Positions 55,446-64,000 of a stretch of DNA of 64,000 bases are shown piece by piece. A model generated the notes under the pieces. That model saw only the letters and a program-made list of their open reading frames with translations. It did no database searches and was not told where the DNA came from. Position numbers and translations under genes: made by a program. The DNA lies in the sequence record LC597490.1; one strand, written 5' to 3'. Positions within the stretch are counted from its first letter, which is position 1. The number at the start of each line of letters is the position of its first letter.

Positions 55446-56282
55446 ATGTCTATGATATACGCTAAGGATTTTCATGGAGCAACAGATAGCGAAAGAATTC
55501 AATCAGCGATTCTTGCAGCTAACAACAGCAAAACCTCTAAGACTGTACAACTAGAAGAAAAAGATTATTACATTGAATCTAAAATTCATGTAATGGAAGA
55601 TGTAGAATTATTATTTGGATACGGTTCAAGATTCGTCGCTGTAAATGATACTCCTCTTTTGGAAGTACAAAAGAACGCATCTGTTACCAGTCCATACATT
55701 GCCATTGATACAGAAGCATTTGATTCACCTGTCTTCTTATTAGATGGTAAACACAAGTATTATAACAGTTGGAATAGAACAGCCATTAAAGATGGTGTCA
55801 TCGTTAACTGGTCTGGCTCTAATAAAGGAACAGGATTTAAGTTTTATGCTGGCGGCAAAGGTCATGAGATTTCATTTGTAAATGTATCAAACATAAAGAT
55901 TGCTGGTTTAAGACGAGGCATTGATTTAGAAGTTGAGAAACCAGAAGAAGGTATGGCATGGGTAAATGCGAATCGTTTTAGCGGAGTCACAATTGAAGAT
56001 TGCGTTGAAATGATTATCATGAATGGAACTGAAACTATTCCAGCTGAATGTAGTGGTAATATCTTTACTGGTTTACAACTTCAACCTTCTGGTATGACAG
56101 AAAAAGTTTTAAAAGTATGTGGGCAACACAATCGTTTTGATGGTATGATTTGGGATGTACATATGATTCCTACAGATAATTATGTAGATGTAACAGAACA
56201 AAGCGCACATACCAAAATAGATATTAGTGCTTTGCCAGAACGTGCTGTAAGAGATTTAGGTAAGTATACTGCCATGGTATAG
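55446..56282 (+). CDS. Pectin-lyase-like beta-helix protein
   Basis: YAKDF.G.TDSERIQSAI..A N-terminus; repeated beta-strand/Asn pattern. Confidence 0.55.
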   Translation: MSMIYAKDFHGATDSERIQSAILAANNSKTSKTVQLEEKDYYIESKIHVMEDVELLFGYGSRFVAVNDTPLLEVQKNASVTSPYIAIDTEAFDSPVFLLDGKHKYYNSWNRTAIKDGVIVNWSGSNKGTGFKFYAGGKGHEISFVNVSNIKIAGLRRGIDLEVEKPEEGMAWVNANRFSGVTIEDCVEMIIMNGTETIPAECSGNIFTGLQLQPSGMTEKVLKVCGQHNRFDGMIWDVHMIPTDNYVDVTEQSAHTKIDISALPERAVRDLGKYTAMV

Positions 56283-56292
56283 GAGGCTTCAT

Positions 56293-56490
56293 ATGGACGT
56301 TGTTGTACATTTGCAAACAGATGAAAATACAATTCGTATTTTTAATGCAAAAAAGTTAAAAGCTTATGTTACATTAGAATTAGGATATAAAAGTATCGAA
56401 GATTTTTTAAGTGATTATGTTTGGTGGCAAGCGAAGCTATTAACCAATAATCCAGAATTACTTCATTATGAACAAGAAGAAGGAAAGTAA
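56293..56490 (+). CDS. Hypothetical protein
   Basis: SD ggagg. Confidence 0.6.
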   Translation: MDVVVHLQTDENTIRIFNAKKLKAYVTLELGYKSIEDFLSDYVWWQAKLLTNNPELLHYEQEEGK

Positions 56491-56531
56491 TCCTTCTTCT
56501 TTCTACTATTAATCAAAGGGAGAGAATTAAC

Positions 56532-56828
56532 ATGAAATACTTCGTATTAACTTGTAAAAGAAATGTATGGTTATCAAATGGTTTATGTTTTATCAAAGAT
56601 AAGTCTTATGATGCAGTAGCAACTAAAAATACAATTGTTACCTTAAATGAATTAAAGCGTCCTCATGTGATTGCTACATTAGATATCTATGATGATTTCA
56701 AAGAGCATTTCGATATTGATATCGTTACAACATGGGATGAACTTTGTCATAATCCAATGCGACAAAAACGTGTTGAACAAGCAAGGCGCTACCTGAATAA
56801 AGTAGAAACGCCACTTGCCACACACTAA
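56532..56828 (+). CDS. Hypothetical protein
   Basis: SD gggag. Confidence 0.6.
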   Translation: MKYFVLTCKRNVWLSNGLCFIKDKSYDAVATKNTIVTLNELKRPHVIATLDIYDDFKEHFDIDIVTTWDELCHNPMRQKRVEQARRYLNKVETPLATH

Positions 56829-56846
56829 TTTTTAGGGGGAAATAGG

Positions 56847-57800
56847 ATGCATCCAGAATATGAATACTTGAATTTATGTAAGGACGTAATGACAAACGGA
56901 ACAAAGAAGGAAGATCGAACAGGTACAGGAACTGTTTCTGTATTTGGTCGTCAAATGCGTTTTGATTTACAAAAGGGATTCCCACTTTTAACAACTAAGC
57001 GAGTCCCATTCCGATTGATTGCAAGTGAGTTGCTATGGTTTATGAAAGGTGACACAAACATTCGTTACCTTTTAAAGTATAACAATAACATTTGGAATGA
57101 ATGGGCATTTAAACGTTGGGTTGAAAGTGATGAATATACAGGCCCAGACATGACAAACTTCGGTATTCGTTCTCAACAAGATGAAGAATTCAACAAGTTA
57201 TATCAAGAACAAATGGAACTCTTCAAGACAGCTATCCTTGAAAATGAAGAGTTTGCTGAACGTTATGGTGACTTAGGAGATGTATACGGAAAGCAATGGC
57301 GCAATTGGGAAACACGAGATGGAGGATTCATTGACCAATTAAAAGATTTAATTGAGACAGTCAAAAAGAATCCAGATTCTCGTCGTATGATTGTGTCAGC
57401 TTGGAATCCAGAAGATGTTCCTTACATGGCGTTACCGCCTTGTCATTCTTTATTCCAGTTTTATGTAGCTGATGGTAAGTTATCATGTCAGTTATATCAA
57501 CGTAGCGGAGATATCTTCTTAGGTATTCCATTTAACATTGCAAGCTACGCATTACTAACACACTTAATCGCACATGAATGTGGGCTTGAGGTAGGAGAGT
57601 TTGTTCATACGATTGGTGATGCTCACATCTATACGAATCATTTCGACCAAATTGAAGAGCAATTATCTCGTGAGCCAAAAGAATTTCCGAAGCTTGTATT
57701 AAATCCAAATGTAAAGAATGCATTAGACTTTAACATGGAAGATTTAGCAATCGAAGGATATCTTCCACATCCAGCAATCAAAGCACCAGTTGCAGTATAA
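56847..57800 (+). CDS. thyA: Thymidylate synthase
   Basis: DRTGTGT, FPLLTTK, ELLWF, YGKQWR, SRR, LPPCH, YQRSGD..LG.PFN. Confidence 0.97.
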   Translation: MHPEYEYLNLCKDVMTNGTKKEDRTGTGTVSVFGRQMRFDLQKGFPLLTTKRVPFRLIASELLWFMKGDTNIRYLLKYNNNIWNEWAFKRWVESDEYTGPDMTNFGIRSQQDEEFNKLYQEQMELFKTAILENEEFAERYGDLGDVYGKQWRNWETRDGGFIDQLKDLIETVKKNPDSRRMIVSAWNPEDVPYMALPPCHSLFQFYVADGKLSCQLYQRSGDIFLGIPFNIASYALLTHLIAHECGLEVGEFVHTIGDAHIYTNHFDQIEEQLSREPKEFPKLVLNPNVKNALDFNMEDLAIEGYLPHPAIKAPVAV

Positions 57801-57818
57801 GAAAGGGAGTAGAGGGGA

Positions 57819-58319
57819 ATGCCACTTTCATTAATTGTAGCGATGGACGAATGTGATGGTATCGGGAAAGACAACAAACTTCCTTGGTATCTTCCGAATG
57901 ACCTAAACTACTTTAAAGAAAAAACAGAATTTAAAGCCATGATTATGGGTCGTAAAACTTTTGAATCTTTACCAAAGGTTCTGGAGAATCGAATCCATTA
58001 TGTTCTTTCTTCTAAAGAACTACAAACAGATAATCCATTAGTATTTCGTGGAGCATCTATGTCCGAAGTATTACATTACCGTCATTCATTAGAAGAGGTA
58101 TTTGTCATCGGAGGAGCAAACATCTATAAGCAGTTCCTACCTTTTGTAGATAGATTGTATATTACTCGTGTACATGATATCTTTGAGGTAGATACAGTCT
58201 TCCCAAAGATTGATATGTCTGAATGGGTACAGGTAGATGAACGAGCTGGTATTGTAGATGAAAAGAATAAACACGAGCATACATTTTATGTGTATCATCG
58301 TAAGAGTCCGTCCCAATAA
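57819..58319 (+). CDS. dfrA: Dihydrofolate reductase
   Basis: IGKDNKLPWYLPNDL..F, IMGRKTFESL, VIGGANIY. Confidence 0.95.
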   Translation: MPLSLIVAMDECDGIGKDNKLPWYLPNDLNYFKEKTEFKAMIMGRKTFESLPKVLENRIHYVLSSKELQTDNPLVFRGASMSEVLHYRHSLEEVFVIGGANIYKQFLPFVDRLYITRVHDIFEVDTVFPKIDMSEWVQVDERAGIVDEKNKHEHTFYVYHRKSPSQ

Positions 58320-58323
58320 TCGC

Positions 58324-58352
58324 TTGACAGCAGAGAGGAAAAAGATTACAAT
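58324..58352 (+). promoter_or_regulatory. Near-consensus SigA promoter
   Basis: TTGACA-17 nt-TACAAT. Confidence 0.8.
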
Positions 58353-58391
58353 GTAGGAAACTTCCTTTCTTTGTTTGTTGCGAATATATTG

Positions 58392-58429
58392 AAAAAGGGG
58401 CGAGGGCTAAAAACCTTCGTCCTTTTTTT
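58392..58429 (+). terminator. Terminator-like hairpin in pcrA leader
   Basis: aaaggggcgaggg/ccttcgtcctttt followed by T run. Confidence 0.6.
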
Positions 58430-58456
58430 GTGCATAAAAATTAAAGGGGAGATAAC

Positions 58457-60376
58457 ATGGTAGATTTATTAGAACAACTTAACCCACAGCAACAAGATAT
58501 TGTAAAAGATACGAGAGGACCATTATTAGTTTTAGCAGGAGCAGGTTCTGGTAAGACTCGTGTTCTTACATATCGTATTGCATACTTGTTAAGTCAAGGT
58601 GTAAAGCCATGGAACATCCTAGCCATTACATTTACGAATAAGGCAGCTAGAGAAATGCGTGAGCGTTTAGAACAGTTATCTGGTAAGCAAGCTTTAGATG
58701 TATGGATGGGAACATTCCATGGTATTTGTTTACGAATTTTGTTCCGATTTGGGAAAGAGATTGGATTAGAAAATATCACAATCATTGATGAAAAGGAACA
58801 GAAGAAGTTAATGAAAGAAACATTAGAGCTTTGTAGTTCAAGTATTGAAATTGAACAAGCTTTAAGTATCATTAGTACATTCAAGAATAAATTAGTTACA
58901 CCAACGATGGCATTAGAAGATGCGCCGAACAATCCATACGGAGAAGAAATTGCTCATGTATATATGGCGTATGAAGAAAAAAAAGAAGAGCAAGATTACT
59001 TAGACTTCGATGATATTATCATGAAAGCCATTCATTTATTAGAAGTGAATGAAGTAGCTCGTGATACGTATCAACAACAGTTCCACTTTGTATCATGCGA
59101 TGAATCTCAAGATACGAATGATGCTCAGTATAAGTTGATTAAATTGTTATCAGCTCAACATGGTAATGTAATGTATGTTGGTGATACTGACCAAGGTATT
59201 TATTCATGGCGTGGAGCAGAGATCAAGAATATCTTGAATTTGAAAAGTTATTACCCAGATTTAAAAGAGTATCAACTAGGTCAAAATTATCGTTCAACTC
59301 AAACGATTGTAGATGCTTCAAATGCATTAGTGAAACGTAACAAACAACGTTTAGAAAAAGAAGCATTCTCACAAAATGAGTATGGAGATAAGATTACGGT
59401 GTATCAAGCAGATGATGATTCACGAGAAGCGGATTATGTTGCAAATATTATTCGTCGTGGTCATAATGTTCGTGGTATTCCATATAAAGACTTTGCAGTT
59501 CTTTATCGTATGAATAGACAATCACGAGCAATTGAATCAGCTTTAACTCATGCTGGTATTCCGTATCAAATTATTAACGGAACAAACTTCGCAGACCGTA
59601 AAGAAGTCAAAGATTTAATTGGTTATTTACGTGTTATTAATAATCCGAATGATACATTAGCTTTAGAACGTATTATCAACACACCGAAACGTGGTATTGG
59701 TGATACAACATTAAAGCGTGTGAAGGATTATGGTGATGAATGTGCAATTACATTTGCAAAAGCATTAGAAGTTGTAGAAGATGTTCCGAAAGTAAATGCG
59801 AAAACAGCGATTAAAATCAAAGACTTCTTAACGTTAATGGATAACATGAGAGAAGCTTCAAAGGAAATGCCGATTGCAGAAGTCATCAAGGAGATTATTG
59901 TAAAGACAGAGTACTTGAAGCAGTTTGATATTGCGAAAGAAGAAGACTTAAACCGTGTTGGAAACATCAAAGAATTAATTAACTTAGCTGGTAAATGGGA
60001 TGAAGATGATGACAACGAAGGAAAAGGATTAATGGACTTCTTAGCTGAATCTTCATTGGCAAGTGATGTTGATTCTTTAGATGGTGAAGAAGATGCAGTT
60101 GTTCTTCAAAGTGTTCATAGTTCAAAAGGATTAGAATATGAGAATGTATTCTTAGTAGGTTTAGAGGAGAATATGTTCCCGATGGGTCGGGCCGCTTCTG
60201 GTGATGACTTAGAGGAAGAAAGAAGACTCATGTATGTAGCCATGACTCGTGCAAAGAAACGATTGTTTATTTCAAATTGTCGTCAAAGATATGAGTATGG
60301 TAATCCACGTCCAGTGTTTAACAAACCATCTCGATTCTTACGGGAGATACCAGAAGTATTTGTGAAGCGAATCTAG
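58457..60376 (+). CDS. pcrA: UvrD/PcrA superfamily 1 helicase
   Basis: LAGAGSGKT, ITFTNKAA, DESQD, VGDTDQ.IYSWRG, NYRST, VHSSKGLE, YVAMTRA. Confidence 0.95.
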   Translation: MVDLLEQLNPQQQDIVKDTRGPLLVLAGAGSGKTRVLTYRIAYLLSQGVKPWNILAITFTNKAAREMRERLEQLSGKQALDVWMGTFHGICLRILFRFGKEIGLENITIIDEKEQKKLMKETLELCSSSIEIEQALSIISTFKNKLVTPTMALEDAPNNPYGEEIAHVYMAYEEKKEEQDYLDFDDIIMKAIHLLEVNEVARDTYQQQFHFVSCDESQDTNDAQYKLIKLLSAQHGNVMYVGDTDQGIYSWRGAEIKNILNLKSYYPDLKEYQLGQNYRSTQTIVDASNALVKRNKQRLEKEAFSQNEYGDKITVYQADDDSREADYVANIIRRGHNVRGIPYKDFAVLYRMNRQSRAIESALTHAGIPYQIINGTNFADRKEVKDLIGYLRVINNPNDTLALERIINTPKRGIGDTTLKRVKDYGDECAITFAKALEVVEDVPKVNAKTAIKIKDFLTLMDNMREASKEMPIAEVIKEIIVKTEYLKQFDIAKEEDLNRVGNIKELINLAGKWDEDDDNEGKGLMDFLAESSLASDVDSLDGEEDAVVLQSVHSSKGLEYENVFLVGLEENMFPMGRAASGDDLEEERRLMYVAMTRAKKRLFISNCRQRYEYGNPRPVFNKPSRFLREIPEVFVKRI

Positions 60377-60469
60377 CAATAGGTTCGCTTTTCCATTATT
60401 TCCATTAGTAAGAGTCAACAAAGGTATGTTAATATAAATTCAAGCTCAAACAAAAAGGAGAGGTTTAAA

Positions 60470-61588
60470 ATGTCAGCAACAAAAACAAAAGGATATGCAC
60501 CAAGCATGAAACGAATTTATCAACTACACAAGGCTTTCACAAAGATTTCTAACACACAAGGTACAAAGTATGGGGAATATGGAATCATTGTTGTGCCACG
60601 CAATGAACTTTCAAAATATGAACCATCTTTAAACATCACAAAAACATATGTAAGTACAATTATTAGTTTCCTAGAAGAAAATGATTTAGTTCTTCGTGTT
60701 CCAGAAGATGACAAAGGTCCAGCTCGTTTAGATGTTCGTCAATTCTTAAAACTGGAAAGCTTAACAAAAATCGTTGATGTTGTAGCAGAGAAAAATGAAG
60801 TAGCTCGTCAAGAATACCATAACAAAAAGGAAGCAGGTCGATCTCATATGAAGAAAGCAGTAGTTGTAAATCAAGAAGCAAAAGCAGTAGAAGCACCAAA
60901 AGAAGAAGCAGTTACACAACAAACAGAATTAGTTGTTGCAGAAGTTAAGCCTGATGCAATTCAAGTTTCACAAGAGGGACCAACGTTCTCAGACGTACAA
61001 GAAACAATTCAAGATGGCGTAGGTCACTTAACAGAAACAACAAAAGAATTGGTTTCATATTTAACATCTTTATCTACACAACTTCCATATGCTGACCCAG
61101 GTTTAGTTGCTGGATTACGTCAGGATAAAGAGGTTGCAGAAAACAAAGCTCGTCGTTTAGAATTAGATAATAAAGAAACAAATGAATTGAACGAGAAGTT
61201 AACTGAAAAAGTACGTCAAAATGATAAAGTAATCACGGAGTTAAACAAACGTGTTACTGAACTTGAAGATAAAGATAAGAAACATATCGCCGCCGAGCGA
61301 GCGCAAGCGAGCAACCTTGAGAAAGCAACATCTGATTTGAAAGAGGCTCAAGGTGTTATCACAAAACTTCAAGCAGAACTGAAAGCAGCTGAAGAGAAAG
61401 CTGGAGCTTCAGTGAATGAAGAGCTTCTTGAAGAAATCCAAATGAATGCTGATGGCTTACGTCAAGACGTAAACAACTTATGCCAATTAGCTCCATGGCA
61501 GTTTAGTAAGAGCCGTCATCAATATCAAAATAGCATGAAGCGTCAATTAGACTCTATCTGCCGTACACTTGGAATTGATGTTAAGTAA
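60470..61588 (+). CDS. Hypothetical protein, N-terminal domain plus long coiled coil
   Basis: 372 aa, SD aggagagg. Confidence 0.7.
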   Translation: MSATKTKGYAPSMKRIYQLHKAFTKISNTQGTKYGEYGIIVVPRNELSKYEPSLNITKTYVSTIISFLEENDLVLRVPEDDKGPARLDVRQFLKLESLTKIVDVVAEKNEVARQEYHNKKEAGRSHMKKAVVVNQEAKAVEAPKEEAVTQQTELVVAEVKPDAIQVSQEGPTFSDVQETIQDGVGHLTETTKELVSYLTSLSTQLPYADPGLVAGLRQDKEVAENKARRLELDNKETNELNEKLTEKVRQNDKVITELNKRVTELEDKDKKHIAAERAQASNLEKATSDLKEAQGVITKLQAELKAAEEKAGASVNEELLEEIQMNADGLRQDVNNLCQLAPWQFSKSRHQYQNSMKRQLDSICRTLGIDVK

Positions 61589-61652
61589 TTAAGTAATGGG
61601 GATTCTTCGGAGTCCCTATTTACATATATTGTGTTTTATTAGGAGGAATATT

Positions 61653-62084
61653 ATGCGTAGATTTGAAATTGCAGATGGATTTAAAAATGAAGAAGTTGTC
61701 TTACCACAACGTGGAACAAAGAAAGCAGCTGGTTATGACTTCCGTTCTTTAGAAGGAGGCGTTGTACAACCTGGACAAACAGTAATGTTTAAAACAGGTG
61801 TGACAGTTCTTATGGAAGATGATGAAGTATTATACTTAGTACCACGTAGTGGATTGGCTAAGGATTACAACATCACATTAATGAACACACCAGGTATCAT
61901 TGATGCAGATTATTATCCAAACGCAATCAGCGCTTTAGTTCATAACGCTGGTGCATTACCATTCGTTGTGAATCCTGGAGATCGTATTTGCCAAGGTGTA
62001 TTCGGTAAATTCTTAATCACAGATGATGATATGCCAAAAGATGTAGAACGTGAATCTGGTTGGGGTCATACAGGTACAAAATAA
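61653..62084 (+). CDS. dut: Trimeric dUTPase
   Basis: AAGYD, PRSG, GIIDADY, GDRICQG, RESGWGHTG. Confidence 0.93.
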   Translation: MRRFEIADGFKNEEVVLPQRGTKKAAGYDFRSLEGGVVQPGQTVMFKTGVTVLMEDDEVLYLVPRSGLAKDYNITLMNTPGIIDADYYPNAISALVHNAGALPFVVNPGDRICQGVFGKFLITDDDMPKDVERESGWGHTGTK

Positions 62085-62087
62085 ATC

Positions 62088-62113
62088 GGCGGGGGCAACC
62101 CCGTCTTTTCTTT
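62088..62113 (+). terminator. Intrinsic terminator
   Basis: ggcgggg-gcaa-ccccgtc followed by T tract. Confidence 0.7.
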
Positions 62114-62130
62114 ATGAAAGGAGAGATACA

Positions 62131-62475
62131 ATGATAGATACAGAAGGATATGGCGTAAAACGAATGTTTCAAAAGAGATTCTTAGTTCATTCTTTTTTAT
62201 ATTACAAACTAGATGATTCCATAATATCTGATTCAGATTATGATATCTTATGTAAAAAAATGATTGATGCAATGAATCGAGTAGAAAAACCTACACCATA
62301 TGATGATTTATGTAGACCATGTGGAGATACAGGAAGTGGATTCTATATCAAAGAATATCCACCAGAGATTGTAACATCTGCATTGCGTGTTCTATATAAG
62401 CACAAACAACAAGACCCACATTTCACACAATCGTTTTCAGCATTCATTTCTAAGTGGGGATATGAAATTAAGTAA
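62131..62475 (+). CDS. Stand-alone NAD-dependent DNA ligase domain Ia-like protein
   Basis: HSFLYYKLDDSIISDSDYDIL resembles LigA H..LY......I.D.EYD.L. Confidence 0.6.
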   Translation: MIDTEGYGVKRMFQKRFLVHSFLYYKLDDSIISDSDYDILCKKMIDAMNRVEKPTPYDDLCRPCGDTGSGFYIKEYPPEIVTSALRVLYKHKQQDPHFTQSFSAFISKWGYEIK

Positions 62476-62488
62476 GGAGTAGATAGCA

Positions 62489-62749
62489 ATGAAAGAAGTA
62501 TGGGTATTTTCATACAATGCAATTTATGATTGCCATGGAACAAGTAGTTATACAAGTGTATTTGAAGATGAAAAGGATGGTATTGCGTATCTAAAGGAAG
62601 AAGTAGGTATCATTAAGGCTGACCACAGAATAGATAGGGATGGATTATTTATTGATACCGACCATGAGTTTCGTGCTTTATCTAGAAATACTGATGTCTT
62701 CGAATTATCTCTTAAAAAGAGAGAAGTTAAAAAGAAGGTGACAGTATGA
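62489..62749 (+). CDS. Hypothetical protein
   Basis: SD aaggag. Confidence 0.6.
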   Translation: MKEVWVFSYNAIYDCHGTSSYTSVFEDEKDGIAYLKEEVGIIKADHRIDRDGLFIDTDHEFRALSRNTDVFELSLKKREVKKKVTV

Positions 62750-63072
62750 AAGTAATTAAAACAATTTGTAGAATGATGCGTACAGCTAAGAATAGATACG
62801 AAGCAAATCCAACAAAACCAGGATATGCTTACATGAGGCGATTTGGTAATGATGTATATAGTTTGCATTATGATAAATCATATGTACACCTCTATCATTA
62901 TGGAACACTGACATTAAAATTTTCTTTAATGGAGAATCGCATTGCTTATTATTATGGTGAAAGTATCAGTGATAGAGATAGTATGAACACAGCTCTTTAT
63001 GCATTAGATTATGATGCAGAGTTCTTCCGTTATTCGAAGTATAAAGATGGTGTTTATTTAACAACAGAATAG
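62746..63072 (+). CDS. Hypothetical protein
   Basis: ATGA overlap. Confidence 0.6.
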   Translation: MKVIKTICRMMRTAKNRYEANPTKPGYAYMRRFGNDVYSLHYDKSYVHLYHYGTLTLKFSLMENRIAYYYGESISDRDSMNTALYALDYDAEFFRYSKYKDGVYLTTE

Positions 63073-63196
63073 TGTTACATATCTTTATCAAATGTAACAG
63101 AGCATTAACAGGTGGGTTAATCCTTGATGGATTTCCACCTTTTTCTTTTTCAACAGCTTACATTATAAAAATATTAAATGAGAGGGGAATACACAC

Positions 63197-63967
63197 ATGA
63201 AACACAAAGCATTGTTGGCTTCGATTGGCGTTAGTATCGCCCTAATCGGGACTGGTAGTTATTATGGTTATGGGGAATATCAAAAACTGGAGGACAAGAA
63301 TAAAGAACTCCAACAACATATTATTAAAAAAGATAAGACGATTAAAGAAAAGAATAGCTCTATCCAAGAGAAGGATAAGACTATCGAAGAAAAGGACAAT
63401 AACATCCAAACTCTTCATAGTGAAAAAGGTGTTCTTGAAAATGAAGTAAATGAAAAGAATGGCACAATCGAGGACCTTAAAAAAAAACTAGCTGAACAAG
63501 AGCGCCAGAGGCAGGAAGCTCAACAGTTAGCAGCTAAGAAACAAGAAGAACTAAAGAACTTAGCAAATCAAAAAGCTACTCAAAAACAACAGGCTCCTGC
63601 TCCAAAGCAAATGGCAGCTCCAGCACCTTCAGCAGAGAAGAAAGAATCTCCATCAGGTAAAAGTGTTACAGTTCAAGCTACAGCTTACACAGCTGATCCT
63701 AGTGAAAATGGTGGCACATATGGAGGTCGAGTCCTTACTAAAATGGGACATGATTTAACAGCTAATCCAAACATGAAAATGATTGCCGTTGACCCGAATG
63801 TAATTCCACTTGGTTCAAAGGTATACGTTGAAGGTTATGGAGAAGCAATTGCTGGTGATACTGGCGGTGCTATTAAAGGGAACCGCATTGATGTTCTAGT
63901 TGGCTCTGATTCAGAAGCAAACAACTGGGGACGTAAAAACAATGTGGAAGTTAAAATTTTAGATTAG
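63197..63967 (+). CDS. Secreted coiled-coil plus 3D-domain (YocH-like) cell-wall protein
   Basis: Signal anchor; ATAYTA, IAVDPNVIPLGSKVYVEGYG.AIAGDTGGAIKGNRIDV. Confidence 0.9.
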   Translation: MKHKALLASIGVSIALIGTGSYYGYGEYQKLEDKNKELQQHIIKKDKTIKEKNSSIQEKDKTIEEKDNNIQTLHSEKGVLENEVNEKNGTIEDLKKKLAEQERQRQEAQQLAAKKQEELKNLANQKATQKQQAPAPKQMAAPAPSAEKKESPSGKSVTVQATAYTADPSENGGTYGGRVLTKMGHDLTANPNMKMIAVDPNVIPLGSKVYVEGYGEAIAGDTGGAIKGNRIDVLVGSDSEANNWGRKNNVEVKILD

Positions 63968-63976
63968 TATTAACAG

Positions 63977-64000
63977 AAGAGACAGTTACTGTCTCTTTTT
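63977..64000 (+). terminator. Intrinsic terminator
   Basis: aagagacag-tta-ctgtctctt followed by T. Confidence 0.75.

Noticed and set aside
1-64000. Short antisense and nested ORFs in the track (e.g. 3190-3417, 12360-12629, 25028-25360, 46168-46527, 58594-58932)
   Set aside because: They lie opposite well-supported genes, lack SD sites and show no recognisable motifs.
1-64000. tRNA, tmRNA, rRNA, integrase or transposase
   Set aside because: No T-arm GTTCGA-type cloverleaf or mobile-element enzyme motif was seen by eye; a tRNAscan/Infernal run would be needed to exclude atypical ones.

Overview
A 64 kb AT-rich segment (roughly one-third GC by eye), almost all on the + strand, from a large Bacillus-type phage or phage-plasmid. 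The host assignment is inferred from Spx-like, SLH, class Ib RNR and 3D-domain genes. No tRNA, rRNA or CRISPR array was seen. The replication and nucleotide genes are DnaE (split by two ORF-less group I introns), NrdI/E/F, an NrdH-like redoxin, SSB, RecA, ThyA, DHFR, PcrA and dUTPase. Sir2, NADAR, SPFH and BRO genes are also present. Three things stand out. (1) A complete PRTRC-type ubiquitin-like cassette (Ubl, E2, JAB, E1) whose Ubl gene is a five-copy head-to-tail polyubiquitin-like precursor, nearly identical in protein but heavily recoded at synonymous sites. (2) 35 small ORFs from at least five unrelated families, including what look like captured fragments of tail tube and tail sheath, all end in the same fixed-spacing C-terminal tag N-x6-[FLMW]-[KRN]-x-[ED]. 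(3) Three 500-700 nt ORF-free, densely base-paired regions that are candidate large ncRNAs, plus a family of four ~100-130 nt multibranch intergenic elements. All family assignments come from recalled motifs, not database searches, and all counts are by hand.
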